A DNA stretch of 64,000 nt from Acidobacteriota bacterium. GTDB taxonomy: Bacteria > Acidobacteriota > UBA890 > WLXD01. Position 1 is the stretch's first letter; every line of letters begins with the position of its first letter. Positions 32,868-42,308 of this stretch are shown in pieces. A model generated the notes under the pieces. It did no database searches and was not told where the DNA came from. It saw only the letters and a program-made list of their open reading frames with translations. The stretch spans positions 160,001-224,000 of the forward strand of contig CAXWPH010000007.1 in the NCBI GenBank assembly GCA_963666055.2, in the 5' to 3' direction. The position numbers were made by a program, and so were the translations under genes.

Positions 32868-34265
32868 CTACTGCTGAGCGTACGGGTTACCTTTTCTGTT
32901 GAAGCCGGCGGCACTCTCGGACTTGCCCAGGAACCCCCCCAGAAGACCGGTCGAATCGAAGTAGTCGTAGAAACGCAGAGTGCCCGGAGGAGGCTCCATC
33001 TCGACCGAGATGCCGTCCTTGAACACCATCTGCACGGTGCGAATGTTGGAGATATTCTCGAGGGGGTTGTCGGCCAGGACCACGAGGTCGGCGAGCTTGC
33101 CCTCCTCCACCGTGCCGAGCACGTCGAGGAGACCCATCATGTCGGCGCCGTTGCGCGTCGCCGCGATCAGCGTCTCCATCTCGCTGACGCCCGAGATCAC
33201 GAACTGCTCCATCTCCAGCCAGCCGATCTCGCCGATGGGCATCGAGTCGGAGCCGATGAGCAGCTTGACGCCGGCCTCGGCTGCCTTCACCAGCGCCTGC
33301 CGCTGGTACAGCGCGTGTTCCGGCGAGCGCTCGTCGGCGTAGGCGATCACTGTGCGCAACCGTACTGCCTGCTCGTCGTCGGAGTAGCCCAGCGACGCCA
33401 GCCGCGCTTCGCGCTCCTTGATGTACTGGTCGCTCAGATTGCAGATGATCGTCGGATCGTAGAAGGTGCCGCGGCGAGCCATCAGCTCGATGGTGTGGTC
33501 GGTGAGCCCGTAGCCGTGCTCCAGGCAATCGACCCCCGCCTCGACGGCTGCTTGAGCGGCCGGCTCGCGCGTGTGCGCGGTGACGTGAACGCCGAGGCTG
33601 TGGGCGGTCTCGACCACCGCGGCGAGCTCGTCCGGGAGCATCTCGACGTTGTGGATCTTGATCGTGCTGACGCCGTTCTGGATGCGGCTGCGCACCGCCT
33701 TGCGAATCGCCGCCACGCCGTCGGCACCGTCGACCGTCGAGCCGCGGTGGCCAGCCGTGGGCGACACCGGCTCACCGCTGGCGAAGATACGCGGCCCCAT
33801 CAAGTAGCCCTGATCGAAGGCCCGCTGCCAGGTGACATCGATGTAGTCCTCCTCACCGACGGAGCGCAGCGCCGTGAAACCGTGGCGCAGGCCTTCCATG
33901 GCGTTGACACCGGCTCGAATGACCTTGGAGCCGCTGCTGGCGCCGTCGAGCGCGTGGTTGTGGGGCAACAGCGCGGTCAGGTGCGTATGCATGTTCCAGA
34001 AGCCCGGAACGACATAGGCACCGTCGAGGTCGATGATGCTTTCCTCTTCACCAGTCGGCTGGTAGACCCCACCGCTGATCGAGGTAATCGTGTTGCCGGT
34101 AATCACCACCGTCATGCCCGGCTGCACCGGGCTGCCCGTGGCGTCGATCACGTTGGCATTGGTGAGCACCGTGATCGGTCCATCCGCAGACTGTGGCGCT
34201 GCACGGCCTGGTGAGATCAGCAACGTCGACAGGACGAAGAGCGTTATGACTCTCGATATCTTCAC
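32868..34265 (-). CDS. Exported amidohydrolase (Xaa-Pro dipeptidase-like)
   Basis: GGAGG RBS plus GTG 34265; PGFWNMHTH, LEHG, GSD, GKLADLV. Confidence 0.88.
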   Translation of the reverse strand: MKISRVITLFVLSTLLISPGRAAPQSADGPITVLTNANVIDATGSPVQPGMTVVITGNTITSISGGVYQPTGEEESIIDLDGAYVVPGFWNMHTHLTALLPHNHALDGASSGSKVIRAGVNAMEGLRHGFTALRSVGEEDYIDVTWQRAFDQGYLMGPRIFASGEPVSPTAGHRGSTVDGADGVAAIRKAVRSRIQNGVSTIKIHNVEMLPDELAAVVETAHSLGVHVTAHTREPAAQAAVEAGVDCLEHGYGLTDHTIELMARRGTFYDPTIICNLSDQYIKEREARLASLGYSDDEQAVRLRTVIAYADERSPEHALYQRQALVKAAEAGVKLLIGSDSMPIGEIGWLEMEQFVISGVSEMETLIAATRNGADMMGLLDVLGTVEEGKLADLVVLADNPLENISNIRTVQMVFKDGISVEMEPPPGTLRFYDYFDSTGLLGGFLGKSESAAGFNRKGNPYAQQ

Positions 34266-34298
34266 GGGTCGGCCTCCATGGTGCGGTGCACAATAACC

Positions 34299-34360
34299 GG
34301 GGCGGGCTTCATTGGCTAGATATCGTCTTCCCAGCCCATCTCGCGGAAGAACTCCTCGCG
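34299..34360 (+). repeat. 62-bp exact direct repeat, copy 1
   Basis: Identical to 37005-37066; encodes REEFFREMGWEDDI* on the minus strand. Confidence 0.95.
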
Positions 34361-34367
34361 GCGTAGT

Positions 34368-34440
34368 GAGATGCCCGTCTATCATCCGGTGGTGGAAGAG
34401 GGTGTCCGCACCGCGCTCCGAGATCTTGCACAACGTCTCA
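34368..34440 (+). pseudogene. C-terminal remnant of a dihydrolipoamide dehydrogenase-like gene
   Basis: Translates to EMPVYHPVVEEGVRTALRDL. Confidence 0.65.
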
Positions 34441-34512
34441 GGATAACGGCCTGGCGGCGGCCGGAGAACCGAGCCGTCGCTCCGGGAGAGTGCGGTCGCC
34501 ACATGTCTCGTA

Positions 34513-34905
34513 TCAGTGTGCCGATTCCTGCAGTTCGCTGAGCTCTTTGCTCAAGAAGAAGTCAAGCACCGTTCGGATCAACACGATGATGCCGAGTTGC
34601 ACGAGAGCGTAGAAGGTGGCGCTATGGAAGAAATTCTCGGCTCCCGGCTCGCTTACTGTGACGGCCACGAAGGAATCGATGATGTCGGACACGATCATGA
34701 GCTCAAGCGCGAAGAGGATGTGGATCCCGACCACGCAACGGAGTTTTCGAATAACGGCGGTCCGGATCTCCCAGGGCTCGCGTGCGAACTCTGTTCGCAA
34801 CCAACCGAACGCTCCGCGAATGAAACCTAGGAGCAGGAGAGCGAGACCGAACACGTCGATGACGTGAGCAGCCCACTCGAAGACCCATACGATGTTCTCA
34901 ACCAT
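34513..34905 (-). CDS. DUF1622-like membrane protein
   Basis: ILFALELMIVSDII..LGIIVLIRTVLDFFL. Confidence 0.85.
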   Translation of the reverse strand: MVENIVWVFEWAAHVIDVFGLALLLLGFIRGAFGWLRTEFAREPWEIRTAVIRKLRCVVGIHILFALELMIVSDIIDSFVAVTVSEPGAENFFHSATFYALVQLGIIVLIRTVLDFFLSKELSELQESAH

Positions 34906-34909
34906 GAGC

Positions 34910-35662
34910 CTACGATGGCAGGTTTTCGCGCATGTATTGAATCGCTTGCTTCATCGCGGCCATCTTGACGTCGTTTCGCTCCATCATCGTCTTGTTGTGC
35001 TCCGCGATGATGATCGGATACGGATTGTCGCGAAGCAGCTTAGCCGCGAACAACAAGTTCAGCGCCGTCAGCTCCGCGTTGCGGTGCACGTACGGTGACA
35101 GATCACCGCCCGCTTCGATATAGCTTGCGCCCGGTCCCGCATCACCCACCCAGTAGAGGTCCGTGTTGGGCGGAACGGTCACACCAAAATGCAGCAGGTT
35201 CGCGAACGTATTCGCCACGCAGTTGTGTGATCCGTCCTCATTGCCGGTTACGACGATGCCGCACGCGGTACCGTACAGAGGAAACTGACCCGTTTCCTCG
35301 CACATGACTGTATGGGTCGTGCCATCCAGTCGCTCAATGACACGCTGGGCAACGGACGACCGGACACCCATCCAAATGGGCATCGCAGGGATGATGATGT
35401 TGCATCGCTTGATCTTCTCGAGGATCTGAGGCCACTCATCGCCATCGCCTTCGTCGTTTTCGATCCCCGGCAAGATGTTGAAGTCAGCGACGCGAACGAT
35501 CTCCGTTTCGATATCGGGCTCGTGCGCCCGCAAACGCTCGATCAACAGATTGCAAAGCGCCTCAGTGTTCGACGTCGTCGGGCTCTTCTTGAGCGTGCAA
35601 AGGAGGAAGAGCGCGTAGAGAGGACCCTCACTCTTCGCCTTGTGGAAAATGGACTGGATCAT
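34910..35662 (-). CDS. Flavodoxin-like / NAD(P)H-dependent FMN reductase family
   Basis: CTLKKSPTTSNT, PIWMG, VTGNEDG. Confidence 0.85.
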   Translation of the reverse strand: MIQSIFHKAKSEGPLYALFLLCTLKKSPTTSNTEALCNLLIERLRAHEPDIETEIVRVADFNILPGIENDEGDGDEWPQILEKIKRCNIIIPAMPIWMGVRSSVAQRVIERLDGTTHTVMCEETGQFPLYGTACGIVVTGNEDGSHNCVANTFANLLHFGVTVPPNTDLYWVGDAGPGASYIEAGGDLSPYVHRNAELTALNLLFAAKLLRDNPYPIIIAEHNKTMMERNDVKMAAMKQAIQYMRENLPS

Positions 35663-36152
35663 GGTTCGGTTCTCCTTGCCGTGTGCCCGGCTCCTTGTTT
35701 GGTCTATGTGGCCATTTCCAGATTGGGCGGTGAATTGCGGGAACGGTCGCCGTTGCGGCCGAACGAGACTATTCGAATGCTTCCGCGCACGATCCTAGGA
35801 CGTTCCGGACGATTGCGTCGGCGACATCAGCGACCACGGTAATTGACGGGTCTCGTCAAGTGACGTTGTATCAAGTCTACTTATATCAGGCCTTGACATG
35901 ACTAGTATTGAAGCGTACGCTGTCCTTGAAGCCAATGAGATGACACAGAAAATAGGTTGCTCTATCTCGCTGGAAGAACCCATACGCCTCGAACCCACCG
36001 GTATCGTGCTGCGGCCCGACGGAACGGTCTCGTTCAGTGCATATGCAAGCAGTCCCATCGGGCGACTGACAGGGGACGAGACCGCATCGGTCATCCACTA
36101 CTAGCAGAATTTGTAACGGGCACTACCAAGCCGAATTAACCAAAGAGATCCA

Positions 36153-36890
36153 ATGAACACGTTCGAAAACAAAGTCGTCCTGATTACCGGTGGTGGGACG
36201 GGAATTGGAAAAGCCACCGCAGCGTCCTTCATAGAAGAAGGCGCCAAGGTGGTCATCGTTGGCCGGCGAGCCTCGGTCCTGGAAGAGACGGTCAGTGAGC
36301 TCGGAGATTCCGCGCAGTTTGTCGTGGGAGATGTCAGCAAGAGCGCTGGTCCCAAGGCGATTGTCGACGAGGTCATTGCGAGGCATGATCGTTTGAATGT
36401 CGTCGTGAACAATGCGGGGACGGTAACGATGGGTCCGGTCATGGAGCTCGATGATGAAGAGATCGAAAGGGTCTTTCGAACCAATGTCTTTTCGATACTG
36501 GCGGTATCGCGAGAAGCACTCCCTCACCTCATCAAGACCCAGGGTTCCATCATCAATATTTCAAGTACGGTATCTACATCCGTCATGCCAGGTATCTCTG
36601 TCTATGCGGCTTCCAAGGCGGCTGTCGATCACATAATCAAAACTCTTGCCGTAGAATCCGGACCTAGCGGAGTTCGAATCAACGCGGTGGCCCCGGGATT
36701 GACGGCGACGGATATGGCAGCGGAAGCCTCACCGGATGGGCAGATGCAGGAGATGATGGTGCGTCAGACCCCGATGGGTCGTATTGGAGAACCCGAGGAT
36801 ATTGCCAAGGTCGTGCGCTTGCTTGCCAGTGATGATGCCGGATGGGTGACCGGGCAAATCGTGCAGGTTTCTGGTGGGCTGATGCTGTAA
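36153..36890 (+). CDS. Short-chain dehydrogenase/reductase
   Basis: TGGGTGIG, NNAG, YAASK. Confidence 0.95.
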   Translation: MNTFENKVVLITGGGTGIGKATAASFIEEGAKVVIVGRRASVLEETVSELGDSAQFVVGDVSKSAGPKAIVDEVIARHDRLNVVVNNAGTVTMGPVMELDDEEIERVFRTNVFSILAVSREALPHLIKTQGSIINISSTVSTSVMPGISVYAASKAAVDHIIKTLAVESGPSGVRINAVAPGLTATDMAAEASPDGQMQEMMVRQTPMGRIGEPEDIAKVVRLLASDDAGWVTGQIVQVSGGLML

Positions 36891-36909
36891 GTCGGCACTG
36901 GGATTCGTC

Positions 36910-37002
36910 GCCGGGGATGTGCTTCAGGATGTGGCACACGGTGGCGTGCTCGGTGATAAAGGCGACGATCTTCATTTCGGCGCCACAGAAGGGGCACAGC
37001 AA
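36910..37002 (-). mobile_element. Remnant of an IS91-family transposase C-terminus
   Basis: LCPFCGAEMKIVAFITE..V..ILKH resembles the IS91/ISCR zinc-ribbon tail; it abuts the 62-bp repeat. Confidence 0.6.
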
Positions 37003-37004
37003 GG

Positions 37005-37066
37005 GGGGCGGGCTTCATTGGCTAGATATCGTCTTCCCAGCCCATCTCGCGGAAGAACTCCTCGCG
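37005..37066 (+). repeat. 62-bp exact direct repeat, copy 2
   Basis: Identical to 34299-34360. Confidence 0.95.
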
Positions 37067-38127
37067 CGACGGGAACAGGAACGACAGGATCTCGTACAGC
37101 TCCGGATCAAGGGTGGGCAAGTTCTCGGGTGTCAGCGCCACGCCCTCGAAGCTACGACGGCGGTGGGCGCCGTAGAAGATATCGACGCCGAAGGCCAGAT
37201 ATTCGTCAGCGAAGGAATCGGCCGGCAAACCGGGCTGCGGCCTGTAGAAGCCGCGCTCGATGGCGACGGCGGTAGCGCGCTCGATTCGCTCCTGCACCTC
37301 GGGGTTAGGCCACCATGATGCCGCCGCGGTGGATCAGGTGGGTGATCTCCTCCACCGAGGCATCGCGGCGGAGCCCTTCGGGGCCTCCCAACCGCAGGTA
37401 GTCGGGGATGATCTCCTCGTCTTCCAGGTCCTGGGTGCGTAACCGGAGCGCCCGGCGGTGCATGTAGAAGCCGATCGAGGTATTGCGCTCCTCGAACGTA
37501 TAGAAGAGCGTCATGATCGCCTGCCGCCTGCTTGACCACCTCGGTGATGCGACCGGACCCGTTACGGTCCTTCAAGAGCAGCGTGTTGGCGATCTTGGCG
37601 GCGTAGTCGACCTTCGCCGGGTCGACCCGCGCTGTGGCCCAGAAGGTCACGCCAGGCGTCTCGACGCGCTGCGTGAAGATGTCGAGGGCGTTCTCCTGCT
37701 TGGGCGTCTCCTCGAGGGCGATGATGATGAGCACCGCCTCCATGAATCCGTCTTCGTTGTCGGCTCGCACCTCGGCGTAGTAGTGCGCGTCATAGGCGCC
37801 AGGGTGGGCCTTGAGGCTGATCTCGCCGGTGTCCGAGTCGATGCCCACGATCTCGGTGGCGTCGAGCTGGCCCTCTCGCAGGTAGTTGCGCCGATCGCCT
37901 CCGGGGATCGGGGCCACCAGACTCCAGGTGATCTTCTTGTCGGTCGGAAAGATGAGCTCGGCGCTGCCTAGCATCTCGCCGATCCGTGTGTCCCAGGTCA
38001 CCAGGAAACGCTCGAACTCGTCGGTGAGGACAGGTTCCTGACCAACCGTCGCCGCGCTCGGCAGAACCGTCAGCGCGACAACGGCCGCTGCGAGCATGAC
38101 GAACAGCACGCCTTGTTTTCTTCCCAT
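37022..38127 (-). pseudogene. Exported EExxH zincin-like protein with cadherin-like N-domain; two frameshifts
   Basis: Three ORFs join at about 37520 and 37306; RDASVEEITHLIH...DEYLAFG..LDPELYEIL. Confidence 0.75.
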
Positions 38128-38148
38128 CGTTGTCTCCAACGTCTCCGT

Positions 38149-39564
38149 TCAGCGAATCAGCAGGAGGCGCGAGTTGGGCGGGTAAAGCCACTCGACGCCG
38201 TTATCGGTGACAATCGCGTTGTCCTCGAAGTTGATAGCCAACCTGGTGCCGTCGTCCATCAGCGAGTGGACCACGAACTCCAGCGAGAACAGGTGCGTCG
38301 GCTGGATGACCAGATGCGCTTTGCTCTGTCGGAACGGGGCGATCGCCGGGCCGACGGCGGCTTGGCTGTTGCCGGTGTTGCCGACCATGTGACAGTCGAT
38401 CGAGATGCCGGTGCGCCGATCTTCGCCAAGTGCCGCCACGATGTCACGATCGCGCCCATCGTTGACGAAAGGCGTGTACACGTAGCCCTCCGCCTCCAAG
38501 GCCTGCGCCAGGATCGCCAGCGTGTCGCCGGCCGTGCGACCCACCTTGATGTTGGCACGGATAATCTGGCGCGCCCGATGGCCCTGATCCCAGGCATGTT
38601 GCAGATCGGCCGGCGGTGCCGACTCACCCTCGCGCAACACGTAGGCGTGGCGCTTGAAGTCGGTGCCGAAGTTCAGATACCGGATTCCCATGTCGTAGGT
38701 CAGGAAGTCCCCACGGCCGATTACGTAGTCGGGCCGCCGTGAGGTCTGCGGATCGGCGCTGGCGGAACGCGAGATGCGCGGCATGCTGACTCCGAAGGAG
38801 GAGCCAACCCCCATTTCCAGTAGCCGATCCTGCACCCACCAGGCAGCGTCGGCGCTCGTTGTCAGCCCCGGTGTGATCACTTCGTTGGAGAGCACGCGCT
38901 CCAGCGTTCGCCGAGTCATCTCCCCCGCCGTGGAAAACGCCGCGAGCTCGCGCCGCACGCGGCGCACACGGAAGTCGGTGATCAGCTGCTCGGCCGAAAC
39001 CAACCGGTCGGCGTACACCGGACCGATGGCCTCGACCAGCTCCTGGTAGTCGTTGCGCGACATGCCGTCGGCCACCCCGAGCCAGGCCGAGCTGTTGATG
39101 CCTATGCGCTGCGGGTCGCGCTCGTGCACATGGTCGCGCAGGTCCCCCAGATCGCCGACGATGTCGTAGGCTGTCCGATCCAACAGGTGAAACGGCTGCA
39201 GCACGGCTCGCTCGATGCGCTCGCCGCCGCGGTCGGTGAAGATGAACACCCCGAACTCGGCGCCCAAGTCGCGCTCGAGCGGATCGGGATTGCCCATGCG
39301 GATCCAGTGGATCCACATATCGATACCGTTGTCGCGCATCGCTCCCGGCAAGACGAGATCGAACTTCTCCTGCCGGATGAGGTCGAGGGTCTCCTGGCGC
39401 GCCCGCGCGTCGAGCACGCGCACGTCGAGAGCCTGCTGTGCGTCGGCCGGCCCATCGCCGATGAGAATAGCCAGCAGTGCGAAACAGAGGGCCGCCGGCA
39501 ACGGGGTTCGGCGCACGGTTCCTGCGGCGACCGAACGGCTCACGGCAGACCGAGGGCGACCCAT
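38149..39564 (-). CDS. Exported M24-family metallopeptidase (paralogue of 4968-6398)
   Basis: LPGAMRDN.DMWIH, TYDMG..TDFKR, CHMVG, SLEF, NFEDN. Confidence 0.85.
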   Translation of the reverse strand: MGRPRSAVSRSVAAGTVRRTPLPAALCFALLAILIGDGPADAQQALDVRVLDARARQETLDLIRQEKFDLVLPGAMRDNGIDMWIHWIRMGNPDPLERDLGAEFGVFIFTDRGGERIERAVLQPFHLLDRTAYDIVGDLGDLRDHVHERDPQRIGINSSAWLGVADGMSRNDYQELVEAIGPVYADRLVSAEQLITDFRVRRVRRELAAFSTAGEMTRRTLERVLSNEVITPGLTTSADAAWWVQDRLLEMGVGSSFGVSMPRISRSASADPQTSRRPDYVIGRGDFLTYDMGIRYLNFGTDFKRHAYVLREGESAPPADLQHAWDQGHRARQIIRANIKVGRTAGDTLAILAQALEAEGYVYTPFVNDGRDRDIVAALGEDRRTGISIDCHMVGNTGNSQAAVGPAIAPFRQSKAHLVIQPTHLFSLEFVVHSLMDDGTRLAINFEDNAIVTDNGVEWLYPPNSRLLLIR

Positions 39565-41516
39565 TCGGCCGGGTAGTCGCGGCCGCCGATGGCCACCACG
39601 ACGTACTGTTTGCCGTCGTGCAGGTAGGTCATCGGCGCGCTTGTCGTGCCTGCCGGCAGCTCGATCTCCCAGATCGTCGCGCCGGTGGCCTTGTTCAGCG
39701 CCCGGAACATCGTTCCCCAGGCGCCGCGGGCGACACCTGGCATGGCATCACTCCCCTCGCCGATGAACAGCATCGTCTTGGTGACGAGCGGGGCGGCGCG
39801 ATTGGCGATACCGAGCGGCGGCAGGTCGAGATCTCGCAGCAAGGGGTGATCGCGTGGACCATCGCCGACCGCGACCTGCCACACGTGCTCCCCCTCGTTC
39901 ATGTCGATCGCCGTGAGCCGTCCGTACGGGGGCTTGGTGAGTGGGAGACCGAATGGCGTGGCCAGTTCCTGATGGCTCTGCCGCCAGCCGCGGCCTGCCC
40001 CGGGCGGCGGCGACTTGATCACGTAGTCCATCGTCGCGTCGCCGGTGGCTGCGACCATGTCGTTGATGTACGGGAGCGTGTGCGACGCGGCGTAGAACAC
40101 GCCGGTCTCCGGATCGAACGCCGGAGTGTGCCAGTTCGCCGCACCCCAGGTTCCCGGTACCACGATCGTGCCGTTGGCCGCCTCGTCCGCCAACGACGGC
40201 GGCGTGAAGATCGGACCGGTGACGTACTGATCCATGATCCTGAGCGCCTCGGCCCTGAGCTCGGGCGTGAAGTCGATCAGGTCGTCCTCGGTCAAGCCCT
40301 GGCGGTCGAACGGTGGCGGCTTGGTCGGAAACGGCTGCGTCGGCGAGGTCTGCTCGCCGGGAACCGTCGATTGCGGTACCGGCCGCTCTTCGATGGGCCA
40401 CACCGGCTCGCCCGTCTCCCGATCAAAGACGTAAACAAACCCGGTCTTGTTGGGCTGCATCACCGCCTTGATCCGCTTGCCATCGACCGTGATGTCACCG
40501 AGAACAGGGGCGCCGATGTTGTCGTAGTCCCAGAGATCGTGATGAACCATCTGGAAATGCCACACGCGCTTGCCGGTCTTGGCGTCGATGGCCACAAGGC
40601 TGTCGGCGTACAGGTTGTCCCCGGGCCGGTGGCCTCCGTAGAGGCTGTTGCTGGGAGCGGTCAGCGGCACATACACGTAGCCGAGCTCTTCGTCGGCGCT
40701 GAGCCCGCACCAGGCACCCATGGCGCCCCCGTACCACCACGAGTCACCCCAGGTGTCCTCGCCGAACTCGCCCGGCCGTGGCCTCACGTGGAACGTCCAC
40801 ATGAGCTCGCCGGTACGCACGTCGTAACCCCGTACGTCCTCCGGTGCGGCTTCTTTCTTGTTTCCGAAGTCGCCACCGCCACCACCGTTCCCCGCAACGA
40901 CCACAACATCGCCGACGACGACCGGGGCGGCGATCGACCAGCTGTATTCTGCCCACGGCAAGTCGCGGTCAAGGTCGACGCGCCCGTTTTCGCCGAAGTC
41001 GGGGTAGTACGTGCCGGTCCTGGCATTCAGGGCGTATAGATACTCGCCTCTCGCCACGAACACCCGCCGGTCGGTGCCACTCTCCCAGTAGTCCAGACCC
41101 CGTGAGCTCGAACCGCTCATGCCCTCCGGGGTGCTGTCGAACGGCTCCTGTTCCCAGACCGTCTTGCCGGTTCCGGCGTCGAAGGCCTCCACCAGCCCAA
41201 CGCCGTTGGGGGCGTAGAGCACCCCGCCGACCATGATCGGCGTCGACCGCAGGTTGTCGTTGACGTTGAGATCGGGGAACGCCTGTTTCAGCTGGGCGGT
41301 TACCTTGGGGCGACGCCAGAGGATCTCGAGATCGCCGACGTTGTCGAGATTGATCTGATCAAGAGGCGAGTACCTGGTGAACCCCTTGTCCCCGCCGTAG
41401 TAGTGCCACTCGCCCACCACCGAGGGCCCGGCATCCTGAGCGCCAGCTACGACGCTACCCGCCAGGACAAGGCTCACGCACAGGCTCGTCGGAATCGAGC
41501 TCTGGATACCCAACAT
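39540..41516 (-). CDS. PQQ-binding beta-propeller, quinoprotein glucose dehydrogenase-like
   Basis: RYSPLDQIN, WHFQMVHHDLWDYD, TSPTQPFP, KPPYG, APMTY. Confidence 0.9.
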   Translation of the reverse strand: MLGIQSSIPTSLCVSLVLAGSVVAGAQDAGPSVVGEWHYYGGDKGFTRYSPLDQINLDNVGDLEILWRRPKVTAQLKQAFPDLNVNDNLRSTPIMVGGVLYAPNGVGLVEAFDAGTGKTVWEQEPFDSTPEGMSGSSSRGLDYWESGTDRRVFVARGEYLYALNARTGTYYPDFGENGRVDLDRDLPWAEYSWSIAAPVVVGDVVVVAGNGGGGGDFGNKKEAAPEDVRGYDVRTGELMWTFHVRPRPGEFGEDTWGDSWWYGGAMGAWCGLSADEELGYVYVPLTAPSNSLYGGHRPGDNLYADSLVAIDAKTGKRVWHFQMVHHDLWDYDNIGAPVLGDITVDGKRIKAVMQPNKTGFVYVFDRETGEPVWPIEERPVPQSTVPGEQTSPTQPFPTKPPPFDRQGLTEDDLIDFTPELRAEALRIMDQYVTGPIFTPPSLADEAANGTIVVPGTWGAANWHTPAFDPETGVFYAASHTLPYINDMVAATGDATMDYVIKSPPPGAGRGWRQSHQELATPFGLPLTKPPYGRLTAIDMNEGEHVWQVAVGDGPRDHPLLRDLDLPPLGIANRAAPLVTKTMLFIGEGSDAMPGVARGAWGTMFRALNKATGATIWEIELPAGTTSAPMTYLHDGKQYVVVAIGGRDYPAEWVALGLP

Positions 41517-41654
41517 GCCAAGGCCTCCCATCCACGGACCCCTAGGGTCGTTGAAGTTCATGCCCGTCGTAACCCATTCAACGCATGCTAACAAGAGGCT
41601 GTTTGGAATCGGCGGAGCCCGACCGCGGATGCCGACTCGAGGTTATCTGCGGAT

Positions 41655-41669
41655 TGTATACTGTATACA
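41655..41669. promoter_or_regulatory. Perfect palindrome TGTATAC-T-GTATACA in a divergent promoter
   Basis: AT-rich 15-bp palindrome in a GC-rich context. Confidence 0.65.
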
Positions 41670-41754
41670 CCGATGGTCAGGATCCCGGAAACCGGGACCT
41701 GGAGACCCAATAGCGCGGTGACGCAGCACCGCGGAGCCGGGCAAGCGAGACCGG

Positions 41755-42294
41755 ATGACGCAGCCGCAGCAGGTCGAGATGACACAGGTGAGCGCCGAGC
41801 GGCTGCTCGAGATCGGCCGCCAGCTGCACGCCGACGGCGAGCGCTGGCACAACCACGTGCTATCAGCCGATTGCGAGCTCAACCCGCGCACCCAACCTGC
41901 CCTGCTGGTGGAAGCATCGGATCGCGACGTTGTCTACGTGACCTACTCTGAAGAACCCATGATGGACCTCGGGCGCGCACTGGCGACGATGGTGCACGGC
42001 GCCGATCCGCTCGAATGGAGCGCCGATGGGGCCACCCAGGCCGATCTGCAGCCCGACTCGCCCATGGTGGCGGAGATGATGGAGCGCGCCCGTAGCCTCT
42101 CCGACCGGGGGCAGCACTGGCACCACCATGTTCTGTTCCCCGAGTGTGTCTTCAATCCCCATCCGGGTGCGTGGACGCTCGTATTCGAGGACCCCGAGAC
42201 ACTGGAAGCGCTGGAGAGCGTCACCCCGGAGCGGCCCGACCATGACATCCGGGTCACGGAAACGCTGTTCTTTTCGCAGACCGTCCACGACTGA
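41755..42294 (+). CDS. Hypothetical protein with two WHxHxL-x3-CxxNP repeats
   Basis: RWHNHVLSADCELNP and HWHHHVLFPECVFNP. Confidence 0.75.
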   Translation: MTQPQQVEMTQVSAERLLEIGRQLHADGERWHNHVLSADCELNPRTQPALLVEASDRDVVYVTYSEEPMMDLGRALATMVHGADPLEWSADGATQADLQPDSPMVAEMMERARSLSDRGQHWHHHVLFPECVFNPHPGAWTLVFEDPETLEALESVTPERPDHDIRVTETLFFSQTVHD

Positions 42295-42308
42295 ACCGGG
42301 TGCCCCTC

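Noticed and set aside
35898-36104. 68-aa ORF with faint peroxiredoxin-like tail (RPDGT..Y.S.PIGRL)
   Set aside because: Similarity too weak to call without a search.
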